Positions 60,701 through 64,000 of a stretch of 64,000 bases of DNA are shown one piece after another. A model generated the notes under the pieces. That model was not told the DNA's origin. It saw nothing but the letters and a program-made list of their open reading frames with translations, and made no database searches. Source of the DNA: Cetorhinus maximus (lineage: Eukaryota); contig NC_135884.1 of NCBI RefSeq assembly GCF_964194155.1, positions 144,274,001 through 144,338,000 of the forward strand. Reading direction: 5' to 3'. How positions within the stretch are numbered: position 1 is the stretch's first letter; the number at the start of each line of letters is the position of its first letter. The position numbers and the translations under genes are program-made.

Positions 60701-61477
60701 GAAATAGAAAGATCACTGAAGCACTCCTTGGGCTAATGACTGTATCTGTACTGCTGATAATTCAGTTGCCTTCACCTGTCAGTTCAGTCACAGCTCCCAG
60801 GGAGTTTATCCATGCTGGCTCCAGTGAACAAGGATATTCAATTAGAGTAAAAATTAGAAAAGATAATTAAAGTTAATCTTAATTCGGACTAACAGTTTTA
60901 TTTTGTGGAGGAGCCTCCTTTTGAAAATCTAGCCTGGTTCTGTTTATGATTACATAGACTAGTGTCAAAAAAGGACGTAAGCACCAGTGTAAATTTCTAT
61001 GCTAAGGAACAATACAGAATGGATTAGTCTGGTTCTTTTCATTGGTTCAAGTTGCTGTTTTGCTCTAATTAATGTTATCACTGGCCTAAGGCAAAAGAAA
61101 AGGAAACAGTCACATATCTTAGGTGTTTTCCTGTTGAATTTATGCACTCTTCTTTGTTCGACATTTTCCTTTTGCCTGGTTATTTTCTGTTTTTGTCCAT
61201 CCTCCATCCCATTGCCTTTATTCTTAGCCTCTGGCTAGAATCTCAAGTGCAACAACTGTGTCCCCAGTGGTGAAAAAAATTCTTCACATTTGTGCCAAAT
61301 TTACATATTTGGCCTTCACTCCCATGGAGATGAACTGATAATTGTTTGTGTGCCAACAGCAGCTGACAGCACCACCTCAAATCTGATTCACAATTAGAGT
61401 AAAATATTAACCACATTTCTCTCATAACCATGCTGGTGCAGATGCCATCTGAAGTCACAATGCTGTGTTGTATGTGG

Positions 61478-61843
61478 CACTGCAGTGATACTTTCAGTAG
61501 ATAGGAGTTGTCAAGAATTACTTTCAGATGAACCGTGAAACCAAGGGCCTTCCTGCCCTCTCAGGGGGATGTAAAAGATCCCATAGCTTCTATTTGAAGA
61601 GCAGGGAAGTTCTCCACGGTGTCCTAGCTAACATTTATCCCTCAGCCAGCATTTATCCCTCAGCCAACATCTGAAACAAATGATCTGGTCATTTATTTCA
61701 CTGCTGTTGATGGGAGCTTTCTGTGTGCAAATTGACTGCCAAGTTTTCTAACTTATGGCAGTGACTACTCTTCAAAAAGTATTTAATTGGCTGTAAAGCA
61801 CTTTTGGGATGCCCTGAAAGGTGTATATAAATGCGAGTATTTA
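61478..61843 (+). mobile_element. SacSINE1-like SINE
   Basis: gatgtaaaagatccca...gaagagcagggaagttctcc...attggctgtaaagcact. Confidence 0.85.
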
Positions 61844-62624
61844 TTTTGCTATGTGGCATCTTCTTTAGGCCCAGACAACTGACATACTTGAAAAAAATCA
61901 GTGTTTAATTGATTTGCTCAAGACACAAATGGTGGAGCTCCAGCAATGTGCCATGGAATGGAATGGTAGGACTTTAGCCCACGCCTGACATATACTCATT
62001 GAGCAGAAATTATGTGTGAGTAGCATTGGCCAAGCCCTGTGAGCTGATCATCTGCTCGCCTCTCCCTTCATCAGGGTATAGTGAATAACATGGGCAGATC
62101 TAAAAAGAGAGAAGTGGAAAGATGACATGTGAATGTCAAGTTTATAAGTGGTCATCCACACATAGACATTGCGTGGGTCAAGTGTTGGTGCTGTTACTGT
62201 GTTGTCCATTGTTTCAAGCATCCTAAATTCATTTTTGCCTTCAGAAGTACACAACGTCATTAACCACGCTGCTTCTGACATGAGCCTATTGAATTTTTAT
62301 GGTGCTCTTCCACTGACTTAGAGTTTTATAGCATTCAGATTCTAATAGATTACATTCTTTACATAATAAATATTTGCATGCAGAACATTATTTATGAACA
62401 TGTCCTTTTTAAATGGAACAATGATACAACGATTTTTCATCACTATCAACGTTATGTTCTTTACAAAGTGGCAAAGAAGTCCAGTCACAGTTTTATGAAC
62501 CATAAAATATAGTCTATAAGTTGCACCTAAATGTAATTTTTGGCAACCTGTGAAGCTGGGGGCACAGTCTAAACATTAATGCAAACAGTGCATTTAACTC
62601 ACTATCTATCATATAATTTGCTCC

Positions 62625-62778
62625 TTAAAAAACTACCTCTTAGACTAAACTTTTGGTCACCTATCCTAGTATCTCTATAAGTGGTTCAAATTTTGTTTGA
62701 TATCGCTGCTGTGAAGCATTTAGGATGTTTTACTAAGTTAAAAGTGTTGTATGAATGCAAGTCATTGAATTGTTGTTG
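62625..62778 (+). mobile_element. L2-type LINE 3' tail
   Basis: cttttggtcacctatcct...gctgtgaagcattt...aatgcaagt. Confidence 0.7.
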
Positions 62779-63387
62779 TATAACACAAAAGTGTGGTTTT
62801 CACACTAATGCAATCAATTCATCAGATTTTACAGCAGTTTTCCTCACTACCAGTGCATGCATTTTCCAAAGATTTCAGTCACATTTACATGACACGGAAC
62901 TTGAATTAGACAGATATAACGAAGGTATGATACGTGCATGAATATTTTTGTTGAAGTCATGATTTTCCTGATTTGTTGAAACTTCGATATGTCTGCAATA
63001 CATATGTGGATATGAGATTCTTTTTATCATGGTCACTATGTTCTAGTGTCAGGAATTTAGGGCTTGTATCGGCAACCATTTGGTACATAAGACCATTGCA
63101 ACAGTTCTAATACGTTGGCGAGACAGCGATGTTAAATTCCTGACTGTTACAGAAATTTTGAGAGGGCTTGGCACCTCACGCCTGACCCCCACCCACACTT
63201 ATGGAACTGCTTACCTGAATGGCTTTCAATAGTACCTGACAGCACACAGCAGGAATGTTTTTATTGGTATATATAGAGTTACGGACAGAAGAGGATTTAA
63301 TTTAGAACAGCCCTAATTTCTCCGCTCGCTACCTGTCCATAAACAGAAAGGTGTTTTTGATTTTTTGATTTTCCCCTTTATAAGTAG

Positions 63388-64000
63388 TGTTATATTTTAC
63401 ACAACCCTTCTGTTTTAGAGTGATCCAATCCTCTATGAATGACCCCACAGCAAACTCCAGGTAGGGTAAAATCAGAGGGTTGGTTTATTTTACACACTCT
63501 CAAAAATGCGGGAAGTGGGTTCAGGGTGTCCCACTTTTGTATTTGTACAATAAAAGAGGGATAAGGGAAAGAAAGAGGTACAGGACAAAGACCACGATAA
63601 AAGTTAAGAGTTATTGCTTCACTTGAGTCCAGCATCCAGAATCAAAAGTCCAGTGGTGCTTTCCTTCAGCGAGGTTAGTCGGCTGAAGCTGATGTGGGGT
63701 GGTCCACTCTTCTAGTAGCGCTGACTTCCATGATGGGAGAAGGCACGAAGAGATGAATTAGTCTTGAAAGCACAGATACAGAAATTCAAATGTTCTAGTA
63801 GAACACAGTGTAGATGAGGGCCAGGCAATTTAAACCTGGGAAGAGCTCTTTCTGTTGCTACCTGTTAGGTGGTAAATGGTAGACAGAGGCAGGCTGCTAG
63901 CCTGGAGTCTTTCTTCTCTTCTGAGGCTAAACAGTGACTGAAGATAGAAACCAATAACTGAAAAATAAAAGAAATTCAACAGCTCAAGTCTCAGTCATGT
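63388..64000. mobile_element. Possible LTR, truncated by the window edge
   Basis: Starts TGTTA with composition similar to 14934-16256; the other end is not visible. Confidence 0.3.

Noticed and set aside
1-64000. Prokaryotic-type systems (CRISPR arrays, operons, rRNA)
   Set aside because: No repeat-spacer array, rRNA or gene-dense organisation; the sequence is vertebrate repeat-rich DNA.

Overview
Repeat-rich vertebrate non-coding DNA. The SINE, LINE and Penelope families point to a cartilaginous fish (shark); this is inference from repeat types. No intact host gene is recognisable, and almost every ORF in the track is a transposon fragment, its antisense, or chance. The window holds: (1) Penelope-like element (PLE) termini carrying minimal type I hammerhead ribozymes (HHR), many as short head-to-head palindromes with 10-17 bp target-site duplications (TSDs); (2) a PIF/Harbinger family: one TIR-bounded two-gene copy, two decayed or partial copies and several MITEs; (3) a histone H2A pseudogene inside an L2 tail; (4) many tRNA-derived Deu-domain (SacSINE1-like) SINEs, CR1 and L2 fragments, a compact APE-RT LINE with a short derivative, probable solo LTRs and a hAT-type MITE; (5) repeat-free islands with candidate small exons. 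The most striking signal is the recurrent asymmetric PLE palindrome with its axis at the hammerhead, together with non-canonical ribozyme cores. Coordinates were read by eye, so repeat boundaries are approximate.
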